Positions 55,500-64,000 of a stretch of DNA of 64,000 nucleotides are shown here, in pieces. The notes beneath the pieces are model-generated. The model had not been told where the DNA came from. It did no database searches and saw only the letters and a list, made by a program, of their open reading frames with translations. Source of the stretch: Bacteroidales bacterium (lineage in GTDB: Bacteria > Bacteroidota > Bacteroidia > Bacteroidales > UBA10428); the NCBI GenBank assembly GCA_016926205.1, contig JAFGPB010000062.1:5759-69758 (forward strand), in the 5' to 3' direction. The translations under genes were made by a program, and so were the position numbers. Each line of letters starts with the position of its first letter. Position 1 is the first letter of the stretch.

Positions 55500-58142
55500 T
55501 TAAAACTGCTGACCCATTACAAAATGGAACTCTCCGCCATGATACCCCCTTCTTCTTTCCTCATCAGAAATACTTCCACTGTTGGGCAGGTCAAATCCAA
55601 AACCCCAGTCCACACCGAGCAGACCGAACATCGGCAGGTAAGCGCGTATTCCGACACCGGCTGAACGTTTAATTGCAAAGGGATTGAAATCATCCATCCG
55701 TTCCCAGGCATTCCCGCCTTCAAGGAATACATGTCCGAAAAAGGTCGCCGATTGGCTTAGGGATATGGGGTACCTAAGTTCCAGAGTGTATTTCACATAT
55801 ATATTTCCGTTGTCAATTCTTGATCCTGTACCGGTACTGCTCATGATTGTTGTTTGGGGTGTCAGGGAACCCTCGGGGTAACCCCTCATGGCAATGATAT
55901 CAGTTCCGTAAAGGTTATAACCCGTCATGCCGCTGCCACCCAGACTGAATTTCTCAAAGGGTGAAGAACCGATATTTTTATTGTAATACCCGAGATAACC
56001 GAATTCTGTCTTTGCTGCAAGAACCAGGTCGCCAATCAGGCTCATATACCAGGAACCATTAAATTCCCATTTATGATATTCAATGAACTGGTATTTCCGC
56101 GAATCTTCAATGCTGCTTACCTCTGCGGCAGTCAGTTGTTCGATCTGGGCAACAGACATATACTTGTTCTCATTGGTTATCCGGTCCCGAATAATCAGCT
56201 TTTCCGCATCCGATAAGGTCCAGTAGTTATCCTGCCTGAGCAGCGATACCGGCGGTGTCAGCTGAAGTGACAGGTTAAATGCGCTGCCACGGCGCGGATA
56301 GATCATCTGATCCTGTGAACTTCTTGACAGTGATAGCTGCAGGTCAACTACATTTGAAAAGCCTTTGCTGATAAAGAAGTTTGTACCCCAGTTATTCAGA
56401 TGATACCTTTGATAGCCGGCTGCTGTATAAAAGACAAAATAATCATCTGGCCAGGTCAGTCTCCGGCCGATACCAACTGAAGCTCCCGTAACCTTAAAAA
56501 ATGCATCGGCCAGACTCGGGTCATTTCTTCTTCTCAGACTTTTGGTAATGGTATGGTAGAAGGACACGGAAAAACTGTTGGGTTTTTTGCCTCCAAACCA
56601 GGGTTCAACAAACGACAGGTTGTAAGCCTGGTAATATTTTCCGTTTGACTGTGCCCGGATGGACAATGTTTGTCCGTCACCCGATGGAACCGGTCTCCAA
56701 GCACCCAAATCGAACATGTTGCGGGCAGAGAAGTTGGCAAACCTCAGTCCTACCGTTCCGACAAAGCCATAACCGCCCCATCCCCCGGATACCTCCAGCT
56801 GGTCATTTGAACGTTCTTCAACCTGGTATTCAATATCCACAGTTCCATCGTCCAGATTGGGTATCGGATTGGGAATGATGTTCTCCGGATTAAAATGTCC
56901 AAGCGCTGCCAGTTCCCTGACGGAACGGATGATGGCTGTTTTGCTGAACAGATCCCCGGGAACAGTGCGCAATTCGCGCCGGATCACATGTTCATTTGTT
57001 TTTGTATTGCCGGTTATGATGATCTGGTTTATTGTTGCCTGGGGCCCTTCATAAACGCGCATTTCGAGGTCAATGGAATCACCTTCATAATTTGTTTCAA
57101 CCGGTTCTATGGAACAAAACAGGTGGCCTGCATCCATATATTGAGACTGCACAGCATCGTCATCCATGAACAAACGCTCGTTAAGGCGGGTTTGATTGTA
57201 CACTTCTCCTTTTTCTATTCCCAGTACATGGTTCAAGGCTTCTGCAGGGTATTTGGTATTGCCTATCCAGACAATATTGCGTAAGGTGTATTGAGGACCT
57301 TCTTCGACGGTAATATCCAGCGCTATTCTTTTGTTGTTGAGAACCTCGATTTTTTCATCGATAATCCTTGCATCCCGGTATCCGTTTTCGTTGTAAAATT
57401 CAATGAGGCTCTGCCGGTCCTCTTCATAATCAGGTTCGAGGTATTTTGAACCCTTGAAAATATTCAGATTGATTTGCTTTGTATTTTTCATGGCCCTTCT
57501 CAGTCTTTTATCCGAGAATGATTCATTGCCCTGAAATGCAATTTCCTCGATCTTAACTTTTTTGCCTTTGTCGATATGCAAATCAATATATACCCTGTTC
57601 CCGGGAGGAGTTGTGTCTGCCCTCTGGACTATATCAACGGAACAATTCAGAAATCCCTTTTCTGTGAAGTAATCCTTAATGATGGAAACGGAATTGTTCA
57701 TTATGTTTTCGGTGACCTGGCTTCCTGTTCTGAGGTTGAGCTTCTCCCTGATTTCTTTGATTTCAGTGTTGTTAATACCCATAAGCTCCAATCTTGAAAG
57801 TCTGGGCATCTCTGTAAGCTGAATCTCAAGATATACATTTTTCCCTTCAATTTTTGTAATAACTACCTTCACATCGGAGAAGAGTCCAAATGACCAGAAT
57901 TTATCGATGGTGTTGGTAATTTCTTCCCCGGGGATTGAGATTTCCTGTCCTACACTCAATCCTGAAATATTCACCAGGTAGGAAGTCTGATAGGACATGA
58001 TCCCTGAAATGGTAATATCGGCAATGACATAATCACCGGACTGGCCATAGTTGATGTATTCAATATCGCTGGTATCCGGACTTTGTCCGGATACATGCAT
58101 GACAAAAAAGAATAGTATAAGAACCAGACAATTCCTTTTCAT
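55500..58142 (-). CDS. bamA: Outer membrane protein assembly factor BamA
   Basis: 880 aa with POTRA-like repeats, an Omp85 barrel, and a terminal ...GGEFHFVMGQQF. Confidence 0.9.
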   Translation of the reverse strand: MKRNCLVLILFFFVMHVSGQSPDTSDIEYINYGQSGDYVIADITISGIMSYQTSYLVNISGLSVGQEISIPGEEITNTIDKFWSFGLFSDVKVVITKIEGKNVYLEIQLTEMPRLSRLELMGINNTEIKEIREKLNLRTGSQVTENIMNNSVSIIKDYFTEKGFLNCSVDIVQRADTTPPGNRVYIDLHIDKGKKVKIEEIAFQGNESFSDKRLRRAMKNTKQINLNIFKGSKYLEPDYEEDRQSLIEFYNENGYRDARIIDEKIEVLNNKRIALDITVEEGPQYTLRNIVWIGNTKYPAEALNHVLGIEKGEVYNQTRLNERLFMDDDAVQSQYMDAGHLFCSIEPVETNYEGDSIDLEMRVYEGPQATINQIIITGNTKTNEHVIRRELRTVPGDLFSKTAIIRSVRELAALGHFNPENIIPNPIPNLDDGTVDIEYQVEERSNDQLEVSGGWGGYGFVGTVGLRFANFSARNMFDLGAWRPVPSGDGQTLSIRAQSNGKYYQAYNLSFVEPWFGGKKPNSFSVSFYHTITKSLRRRNDPSLADAFFKVTGASVGIGRRLTWPDDYFVFYTAAGYQRYHLNNWGTNFFISKGFSNVVDLQLSLSRSSQDQMIYPRRGSAFNLSLQLTPPVSLLRQDNYWTLSDAEKLIIRDRITNENKYMSVAQIEQLTAAEVSSIEDSRKYQFIEYHKWEFNGSWYMSLIGDLVLAAKTEFGYLGYYNKNIGSSPFEKFSLGGSGMTGYNLYGTDIIAMRGYPEGSLTPQTTIMSSTGTGSRIDNGNIYVKYTLELRYPISLSQSATFFGHVFLEGGNAWERMDDFNPFAIKRSAGVGIRAYLPMFGLLGVDWGFGFDLPNSGSISDEERRRGYHGGEFHFVMGQQF

Positions 58143-58148
58143 CTGTTA

Positions 58149-58928
58149 TCAGCTGTTTGATTTGCCATTGCCAAGTATCTGATCTGCCGTCTTGCCAAAA
58201 CGTCTTTCCCTGTCCTGAAAATTCAATAAGGCTTCATACAGATGTTCCTTGCGAAAATCGGGCCAGAGTGTTTTTGTAAAATACAATTCTGCGTAAGCAA
58301 TTTGCCAGAGCAGAAAATTGCTGACCCTGAATTCTCCGCTTGTCCTGATGACAAGCTCCGGTTCGGGATAAGCCGAGGTGGTCAGGTGCTGTTCGAACAA
58401 TTTGTCATTGATGTCTTCGTATCTGATCGTTCCCCTTTCCAGCTCTTTGGCTATGTTCTTGACAGCCTGAATAATTTCCCATCTGGAGCTGTAACTTAAT
58501 GCCAGTATCAATTTTAAGCCGGTGTTTTGCCTGCTTTTTTCCATGGCTATATTAAGTTGTTGTTGCACTTTGTCCGGCAGACTTTTGACATTTCCAATGG
58601 CAAGGAGTTTGATATTGTTTTCCAGGAGTGTGTCTGTTTCATTATGTATGGTTGAGACCAGAAGGGACATTAAAGCATCGACCTCACTTTTAGGTCTTTT
58701 CCAGTTCTCAGTGGAGAATGCGAAAAGGGTAAGGTATTCTATGCCCAGCTCAGCAACAGCTTCAACAGTATCCCGTACGGCAGCGATTGCATGCTGGTGT
58801 CCGAAAATCCTCTGATTTCCACGCTGCTGTGCCCATCTTCCGCTTCCATCCATGATAATTGCAACGTGCTTTGGCAGCTTTTCCCTGTTGATCCTTTCTT
58901 TTACCGGTATGGTATTATTTTCAGTCAT
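58149..58928 (-). CDS. uppS: Isoprenyl transferase (undecaprenyl diphosphate synthase)
   Basis: HVAIIMDGSGRWA, FAFSTENWKRP and RTSGEFRVSNFLLWQ. I prefer the start at MTENN (58928). Confidence 0.9.
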   Translation of the reverse strand: MTENNTIPVKERINREKLPKHVAIIMDGSGRWAQQRGNQRIFGHQHAIAAVRDTVEAVAELGIEYLTLFAFSTENWKRPKSEVDALMSLLVSTIHNETDTLLENNIKLLAIGNVKSLPDKVQQQLNIAMEKSRQNTGLKLILALSYSSRWEIIQAVKNIAKELERGTIRYEDINDKLFEQHLTTSAYPEPELVIRTSGEFRVSNFLLWQIAYAELYFTKTLWPDFRKEHLYEALLNFQDRERRFGKTADQILGNGKSNS

Positions 58929-59589
58929 ATGCCGGACAATCCACCGCAAAATTAAAAAACTTATAGGTAATAAAAATACCTAAATATGAATACCAGTCAT
59001 TATTGTGTATTATCGAATAAGTGTCTGACGGATTCTCATAGCCGTCGATCCTGTCATTGAAGGTTTTTCGGAAAGACCATTCAGCGCCTCCACTCAACTT
59101 TTTAGAGAAAGTTGTCTTGATGCCGATGCTAAAAGGCAGACTGACAAAGTTGCTGGCATCCCTGTCGGTTTGAACGACGAGAGCACCTGCCAGACCCGTT
59201 GCAATATAGGGTGTATAATCCCATCTCACCTGGTTGGGTTCATAAGGCAAAAAATTAAATTCAGCCTGTAAAGCAGCATCAATCAGTGAAGTGTTGAAGA
59301 ACTGGGGGTTGAAAGGTCTGTCGGGATGAAAATCCGCAGGAAAATCGAGGTCACTTCCGCTCAGGGAAATGTAATATGCGTTTAATCTGATGGCATAACG
59401 CGTATTGATATTCAAACGGTACAGGCCTCCGAGTGAAAGCGATGGTCTGTAAAAATGACGACTTGGATTAATATCTCCGAGATAATATGCTGTTCCGCCA
59501 AATATCCCGACATTCGCATTACGCTGCGCGTTTACATTGATGCATGTAATGATCATGACAATCAGCCACGGTAAAAAGGATTTCTTCAT
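58921..59589 (-). CDS. Outer-membrane beta-barrel protein (DUF6089-like, from memory)
   Basis: Signal peptide and alternating beta-strand pattern. Confidence 0.65.
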   Translation of the reverse strand: MKKSFLPWLIVMIITCINVNAQRNANVGIFGGTAYYLGDINPSRHFYRPSLSLGGLYRLNINTRYAIRLNAYYISLSGSDLDFPADFHPDRPFNPQFFNTSLIDAALQAEFNFLPYEPNQVRWDYTPYIATGLAGALVVQTDRDASNFVSLPFSIGIKTTFSKKLSGGAEWSFRKTFNDRIDGYENPSDTYSIIHNNDWYSYLGIFITYKFFNFAVDCPAYD

Positions 59590-59695
59590 GATGATTAAGT
59601 TCCGAATTGAGATATTAAACGCAAATTAATAGAATTTTAGCGCGTGAAATCATAAAGAATCTTAAAAAAACAGAAAAAACAAACGGAGGGAAAGA

Positions 59696-60478
59696 TCAGA
59701 AGCGCGCCCGTCTCCATTGTCTGTCCAGGAAAACTGGAAGACCGCGTCGGGTTGTGGGAATGCGATAACTGAAGTTAAGGGAACTGATCCAGTAAATGTC
59801 TGCCATTTTAGAAGAAGGTGATTTAAAGCCGTCCAGAAAGTCTGTCAGTGTCTGACGGTAACCAACCTCGTAGCTGATGATCCAGTCATCACTGATGATG
59901 TATTTTAACCCAAGACCTAAGGGAAATGCTGCTGTAACACCGATGTCATATTTGTACTCATCACCGGGACGGGTTTCCGCCAGTTCGAGATCAGGCCAGT
60001 ACATAGTCGCTCCGACGCCAGCAAAAACATACAGTGCAAAAGAGGAGTAGTTGTTGATCATACCCCTCCGGTTGAAGATCGCAGCTGAGCTCAGCAGACG
60101 GTTTTCCGGCAGCAGGTAATATTCAAGGTTCCCTGAGAATTCAAAAAGCTGCGTTATCGAAGTAAATCCGCGGTTTTCATTCCGCGAACCGGCAAAATCT
60201 TCAGTTTTACTGTAACCATATATCAAGGATGTCTTTATTGTAAATCTCGGATCCACCCGGTACCTGATTCCCAGATAAAATGAGGGCCGTGTGCTTCGAA
60301 ATGTGATATCCTTGATGAACAAAAGATTTGTAGCATTTGGCGCACCACCAAGGTCGCTGTAAACATTGGTTGTGCCAATTCCAAAAAGTGCTTCAATTCT
60401 TTTCAGTTTCCACTGCTGACTAAAACCCTTAAAGGATAAGGTAATAAACAAAACTGCTGTCAGGTAACACTTTAGCAT
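59696..60478 (-). CDS. Outer-membrane beta-barrel protein
   Basis: Signal peptide and beta-strand periodicity. Terminal ...RRARF. Confidence 0.6.
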   Translation of the reverse strand: MLKCYLTAVLFITLSFKGFSQQWKLKRIEALFGIGTTNVYSDLGGAPNATNLLFIKDITFRSTRPSFYLGIRYRVDPRFTIKTSLIYGYSKTEDFAGSRNENRGFTSITQLFEFSGNLEYYLLPENRLLSSAAIFNRRGMINNYSSFALYVFAGVGATMYWPDLELAETRPGDEYKYDIGVTAAFPLGLGLKYIISDDWIISYEVGYRQTLTDFLDGFKSPSSKMADIYWISSLNFSYRIPTTRRGLPVFLDRQWRRARF

Positions 60479-60619
60479 AATATCCCATGAGGTAATAACA
60501 AAGATAACAAATTTAGAATACGGATTGCTATGAATTAACGTCCCGTTCTCGCTAAATATTCCAAAAACGGAACATTATAAACATAAAAGTTTATACTTGA
60601 ACAACGGGAGAAAGTCTGT

Positions 60620-61384
60620 TTATTCTTTAACGATTTCATTATCAACAAGGATACGCCCGCAATATTCGCATACGATGATTTTCTTTCTGGAGCGAATGTC
60701 GAGTTGCCGCTGGGGAGGGATCTGATTGAAACAGCCGCCGCAGGCATCACGCTGAACGGTAACAACTGCAAGACCATTTCTTGCGTTCTTCCGGATCTTC
60801 TTATACGCTGCAAGCAGACGCTCCTCAATGATTGCTTCATATTCCTGACGCTTTTTAAGGAGCTGCTCCTCTTCTTTCTGCGTATCAGCCGTAATTTCCT
60901 CCAGTTCGGACTTTTTTTCCTGAAGGTCATTCATCCTTTCTTCCAGTTGTTTGTTGGATTCTTCAATAAATGTGGATTTTTCAGCAGATTGTGCGGTGAA
61001 TTCCCTGATCCGCTTTTCACTCAGTTCAATTTCAAGTGTCTGGTATTCTATTTCTTTTGATAGAGAGTCGAATTCCCGGTTGTTCCTTACATTGTTCTGT
61101 TGCTCTTCATATTTTTTGATCAGATTTCTGGAATTTGTGATTTCATTTTTTTTACCTGCTATGGCAGATTCAATACTTTTTATTTCTTCCTGAAACTTAT
61201 CAATCCGTGTCTCCAAACCGGCAATATCATCTTCCAGGTCCTGAACCTCAAGGGGCAGTTCACCCCGTAATGTCCTGATCTTGTCTATTTCTGAATTTAT
61301 GATCTGCAGTTTATACAAGGCTCTGAGTTTTTCCTCTATGGTGAGCTCAACAACATCGGCTGCCTGCTTTTTTTCTTCTGTCAT
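60620..61384 (-). CDS. Coiled-coil protein with a C-terminal C4 zinc ribbon (COG1579-type)
   Basis: Long E/K/Q coiled coil, then CGGC...17 aa...CEYCGR. Lies 3 bp downstream of nif3, a known conserved pairing. Confidence 0.8.
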   Translation of the reverse strand: MTEEKKQAADVVELTIEEKLRALYKLQIINSEIDKIRTLRGELPLEVQDLEDDIAGLETRIDKFQEEIKSIESAIAGKKNEITNSRNLIKKYEEQQNNVRNNREFDSLSKEIEYQTLEIELSEKRIREFTAQSAEKSTFIEESNKQLEERMNDLQEKKSELEEITADTQKEEEQLLKKRQEYEAIIEERLLAAYKKIRKNARNGLAVVTVQRDACGGCFNQIPPQRQLDIRSRKKIIVCEYCGRILVDNEIVKE

Positions 61385-61387
61385 ACA

Positions 61388-62485
61388 TTAATAAATATAG
61401 TGAATAGGATTGGACACTGTTTTGGAAAAATGGACTGCAAAATTATGGAATTTTTTTGTAAGTATTTCATAAAATAATTCAACTGTGTATTGTTCACTTT
61501 CATAGTGACCGATATCAGCAAGTACTATTTTACCTGCGGCTTTGAAAAAATCATGGTATTTCAGATCTGATGTGATCAAGATATCAGCTTCTGATTCAAT
61601 GGCTTCAGCAATCAGAAAAGATCCGGAACCTCCACACAATGCCACTTTTTTTATGGGTCTGTTCAGCAGTGCACTGTGCCGGATTACCTGGCATTTAAAA
61701 GTGTCCCTGATAAACCGGAGGAATATTCCTTCATCTGTCGGAATTTCCAGTTCGCCTGTCATTCCTGACCCGGCAAACGGATATTTGTTTTCCAGCGGGT
61801 ATATGTCGTATGCCACTTCTTCATAAGGATGGACTTCAAGCATGGCTTTGATGATCCCTGACTGATTTGCAGCGGGGAAAACGGTTTCAATACGGATCTC
61901 TTTTTCCTGATGTATTTTGCCTTTCTCACCGACATAAGGATTGGTGTTGTCCGAGCCGCGAAAGGTTCCGAATCCTTCCGAGTTGTAGCTGCAAAGATCG
62001 TAAGAGCCTATCTTTCCGGCTCCGGAATCAAACATTGCCTGTCTGACCTGATCTGCATGTGAGACCGGGACAAAAACCACGAGTTTTTTCAGGGCATCGG
62101 TAAGAGGAGAAAGGATCTGAACATGATTTAGATGAAGTTTCTGGCAGAGTTTGCTGTTCACACCGCCAACAATGTTGTCTATATTTGTATGAACACTGTA
62201 CAGGGCAATATTGTTCCGGATTGCTTTTGTAACGATCCTTGCAACAGGATTTTTCTCATTGATGTTTTTGAGTGGTTTGAAAATTACAGGATGATGTGAA
62301 ACGATCACATCCGCACCAAGGTCAATGGCTTCGTCAATTGTGTCAGAAACGACATCAATGCAAAGCAGAGCAGCGTGCACTTCCATGTGTTCATCTCCAA
62401 CCAGCAGACCTGCATTGTCGTAATCTTCCTGGTATTCGAGAGGAGCGTGCGCTTCAATTGCCGCAATCAGTTCTGACAGTCTCAT
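61388..62485 (-). CDS. Nif3-like dinuclear metal centre protein
   Basis: EDYDNAGLLVGD, IVSHHPVIF, SVHTN and an inserted PII-like domain. 365 aa. Confidence 0.9.
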   Translation of the reverse strand: MRLSELIAAIEAHAPLEYQEDYDNAGLLVGDEHMEVHAALLCIDVVSDTIDEAIDLGADVIVSHHPVIFKPLKNINEKNPVARIVTKAIRNNIALYSVHTNIDNIVGGVNSKLCQKLHLNHVQILSPLTDALKKLVVFVPVSHADQVRQAMFDSGAGKIGSYDLCSYNSEGFGTFRGSDNTNPYVGEKGKIHQEKEIRIETVFPAANQSGIIKAMLEVHPYEEVAYDIYPLENKYPFAGSGMTGELEIPTDEGIFLRFIRDTFKCQVIRHSALLNRPIKKVALCGGSGSFLIAEAIESEADILITSDLKYHDFFKAAGKIVLADIGHYESEQYTVELFYEILTKKFHNFAVHFSKTVSNPIHYIY

Positions 62486-62545
62486 AGATTTGAAAGACTT
62501 CTAATTACAATGGTTTGTGATACAAAGACCCTTCCATGAAAAAGA

Positions 62546-62881
62546 TCACATGGATTCCTTCAGCCCCAAAAGCAATTTTTTGATCTCGGTCAGCGATTGT
62601 ATTACTTCGAAATTGTGGTAAGCGTCGTCTTTGTTTTCTTTTAGCTTTTTTTTAGCGCCGTTCAGGGTCATTCCCCTTTCTTTTACCAGGTGGTGGATCA
62701 GCTTGATATTTTCAATATCCTGCATTGTGAAAAAACGATTGCCTTTCTTGTTTTTTTTGGGTTTGATAATATCGAATTCCTTTTCCCAAAAACGAATAAG
62801 TGAGGTATTCACATTAAAGATTTGTGCCACCTCACCTATTGAATAATACAGCTTTTCAATTTTCCTTTCTTTATAGGGCAT
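62546..62881 (-). CDS. MerR family transcriptional regulator
   Basis: YSIGEVAQIFNVNTSLIRFWEKEF helix-turn-helix. Confidence 0.85.
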   Translation of the reverse strand: MPYKERKIEKLYYSIGEVAQIFNVNTSLIRFWEKEFDIIKPKKNKKGNRFFTMQDIENIKLIHHLVKERGMTLNGAKKKLKENKDDAYHNFEVIQSLTEIKKLLLGLKESM

Positions 62882-62937
62882 TTTGCGTGTAGAAATTGAT
62901 TTTCACAGAGAAACAATTTCGAAGGGTGTTTACAAAA

Positions 62938-63909
62938 TTAATCAAATGACTGACCTGGTCGCATTGAAAGTTCGATCATGCGGTCATACTCTTCAGCCGA
63001 GAGATCGTTAAAGAAATAGTTGATGGGATTGACCTTTTTTTGGTTTCGGATGACCTCATAATGCAGGTGCGGTGCAGTTGAAAGACCCGTGTTGCCCACA
63101 TATCCGATGACATCACCGCGTTTGACCTTCTGACCTTTTCTGACATTAAATCCATCCAGGTGTGCATAGATTGTCAGATAACCGTAGCTGTGATTTAAAG
63201 TAATGCAGTTCCCATATCCTCTGTTGGAAGTTTCCACCTGCTCAACCGTAGCATCTCCTGTTGCGTAGATCTCCGTACCGGTAGGTGCTGTGAAATCAAT
63301 TCCGTAATGAAATTTAACGATTTTATAGATGGGATGAATTCTGTAGCCCCATCCGGATGCCGTTCTCGTCAGGTCCTTATTGGAAATGGGTTGTATGGCA
63401 GGTATTGCAGCAAGCATTTTTTCTTTGCTCAGAGCCATTTCCACAAGATCGTCATAGGAGTCCGACTGGATCGAGGTTTTACGAAGCAGAATGTCAAGCC
63501 GCTTGGCAGTTTCAATGACGATTTCAGAGTTCTCAAGGGATTCAAGCTCCCTGTATAGATTGGAACCACCGAATCCAGCTTCCCTTACAGAATAATTGAG
63601 TGGTTCAGCTTCAAAAATTGTCCTGTAGATATTGTCGTCACGTTCCTGCATTTCACCGAGAACAACTTCAAGATTATCCAGATGTCTGTTGAATAGTTCG
63701 AGAGTCAGGTTCATTTCACTGATCTGTCTTTTTAATCCCTTTTCCTTTGGTGAATCAATCACGAATGAAAAAAGCAGGTAGCCTCCTCCCATGAAAATCA
63801 GAAAGGTAGCAATATAAGCAAAAGTATGCAACAATTTCTGCTTCAGGTTTTTTTCAACCTTAGTATATTCCAGGGATTCAGGATTAAACTTGTATTTGGA
63901 TCTGACCAT
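62938..63909 (-). CDS. M23 family metallopeptidase
   Basis: N-terminal TM, coiled coil, and the LytM signatures HYGIDF...GNTGLSTAPHLHYEV. Confidence 0.9.
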   Translation of the reverse strand: MVRSKYKFNPESLEYTKVEKNLKQKLLHTFAYIATFLIFMGGGYLLFSFVIDSPKEKGLKRQISEMNLTLELFNRHLDNLEVVLGEMQERDDNIYRTIFEAEPLNYSVREAGFGGSNLYRELESLENSEIVIETAKRLDILLRKTSIQSDSYDDLVEMALSKEKMLAAIPAIQPISNKDLTRTASGWGYRIHPIYKIVKFHYGIDFTAPTGTEIYATGDATVEQVETSNRGYGNCITLNHSYGYLTIYAHLDGFNVRKGQKVKRGDVIGYVGNTGLSTAPHLHYEVIRNQKKVNPINYFFNDLSAEEYDRMIELSMRPGQSFD

Positions 63910-63926
63910 TTGTGAGATATTGTAAG

Positions 63927-64000
63927 TTAGTAATTCCCGTAGTTTGCCCGTAAGATAATTTCGTTATATTCATCCAGACTGAGGTTGTGTTCAAAATAGG
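63927..64000 (-). CDS. 3' end (24 codons) of a gene entering from the right edge
   Basis: Open frame ...YFEHNLSLDEYNEIILRANYGNY with stop at 63929-63927, 18 nt upstream of the M23 start. Not identifiable. Confidence 0.3.
   Translation of the reverse strand, partial: YFEHNLSLDEYNEIILRANYGNY

Noticed and set aside
60535-60930. 131-aa same-strand, out-of-frame ORF overlapping the zinc-ribbon gene
   Set aside because: It is an Arg/Ser/Lys-rich alternative frame of an AG-rich coiled-coil gene. It has no independent start context. The 254-aa frame has the CxxC...CxxC ribbon and the conserved nif3 pairing.
1-64000. Search for CRISPR arrays, transposases, integrases, phage or toxin-antitoxin/defence modules
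   Set aside because: I saw no direct-repeat/spacer arrays, no IS-like terminal inverted repeats, no recombinase-like ORFs and no compact unknown-function operons. Gene content is housekeeping and envelope-related throughout.

Overview
This 64-kb window looks like a gene-dense core chromosome segment of a Bacteroidota bacterium. The phylum call rests on three things: gldD/gldE next to ssb and mutY, TTTG-N19-21-TAnnTTTG promoters, and a murI-skp-skp-bamA-uppS cluster. About 90% of the window is coding. I support about 65 CDSs, one tRNA-Val(GAC), several intrinsic terminators, two promoter/operator regions and a few simple repeats.

Recognisable modules:
- A tight minus-strand block: mutY-ssb-gldE-gldD-PPTase-GGGP synthase-like.
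- HU plus an untracked 31-aa bS22-like ORF, followed by RNase G.
- fba, blc, and amtB-glnK.
- An ECF sigma module.
- clpS, then nfeD-floA.
- blaI-blaR1-like genes with a clear dual-palindrome operator.
- A complete nqrABCDEF-apbE operon.
- pdxJ, a CBS-domain gene and nadK.
- lemA-TPM-TPM.
- A crtI/crtB-like pair.
- korAB followed by a receiver/PEP-binding-domain protein.
- nif3 plus a zinc-ribbon gene, merR, and an M23 peptidase.

I found no CRISPR array, transposase, integrase, phage genes or recognisable defence island, and no convincing novel multi-gene system. The items most worth a second look are:
- The double-receiver/PPDK_N-like protein apparently co-transcribed with korAB.
- A 1097-aa protein fusing TolB-type propeller repeats to an Omp85-type barrel.
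- A (CCCACA)n G-quadruplex-type microsatellite abutting a stop codon.
- The bS22-like micro-ORF.
- The BlaI operator/promoter layout, together with a BlaR1-like sensor carrying a non-PBP, repeat-rich C-terminus.

All family assignments come from reading the translated ORFs by eye and from memory of these families. No searches were run.
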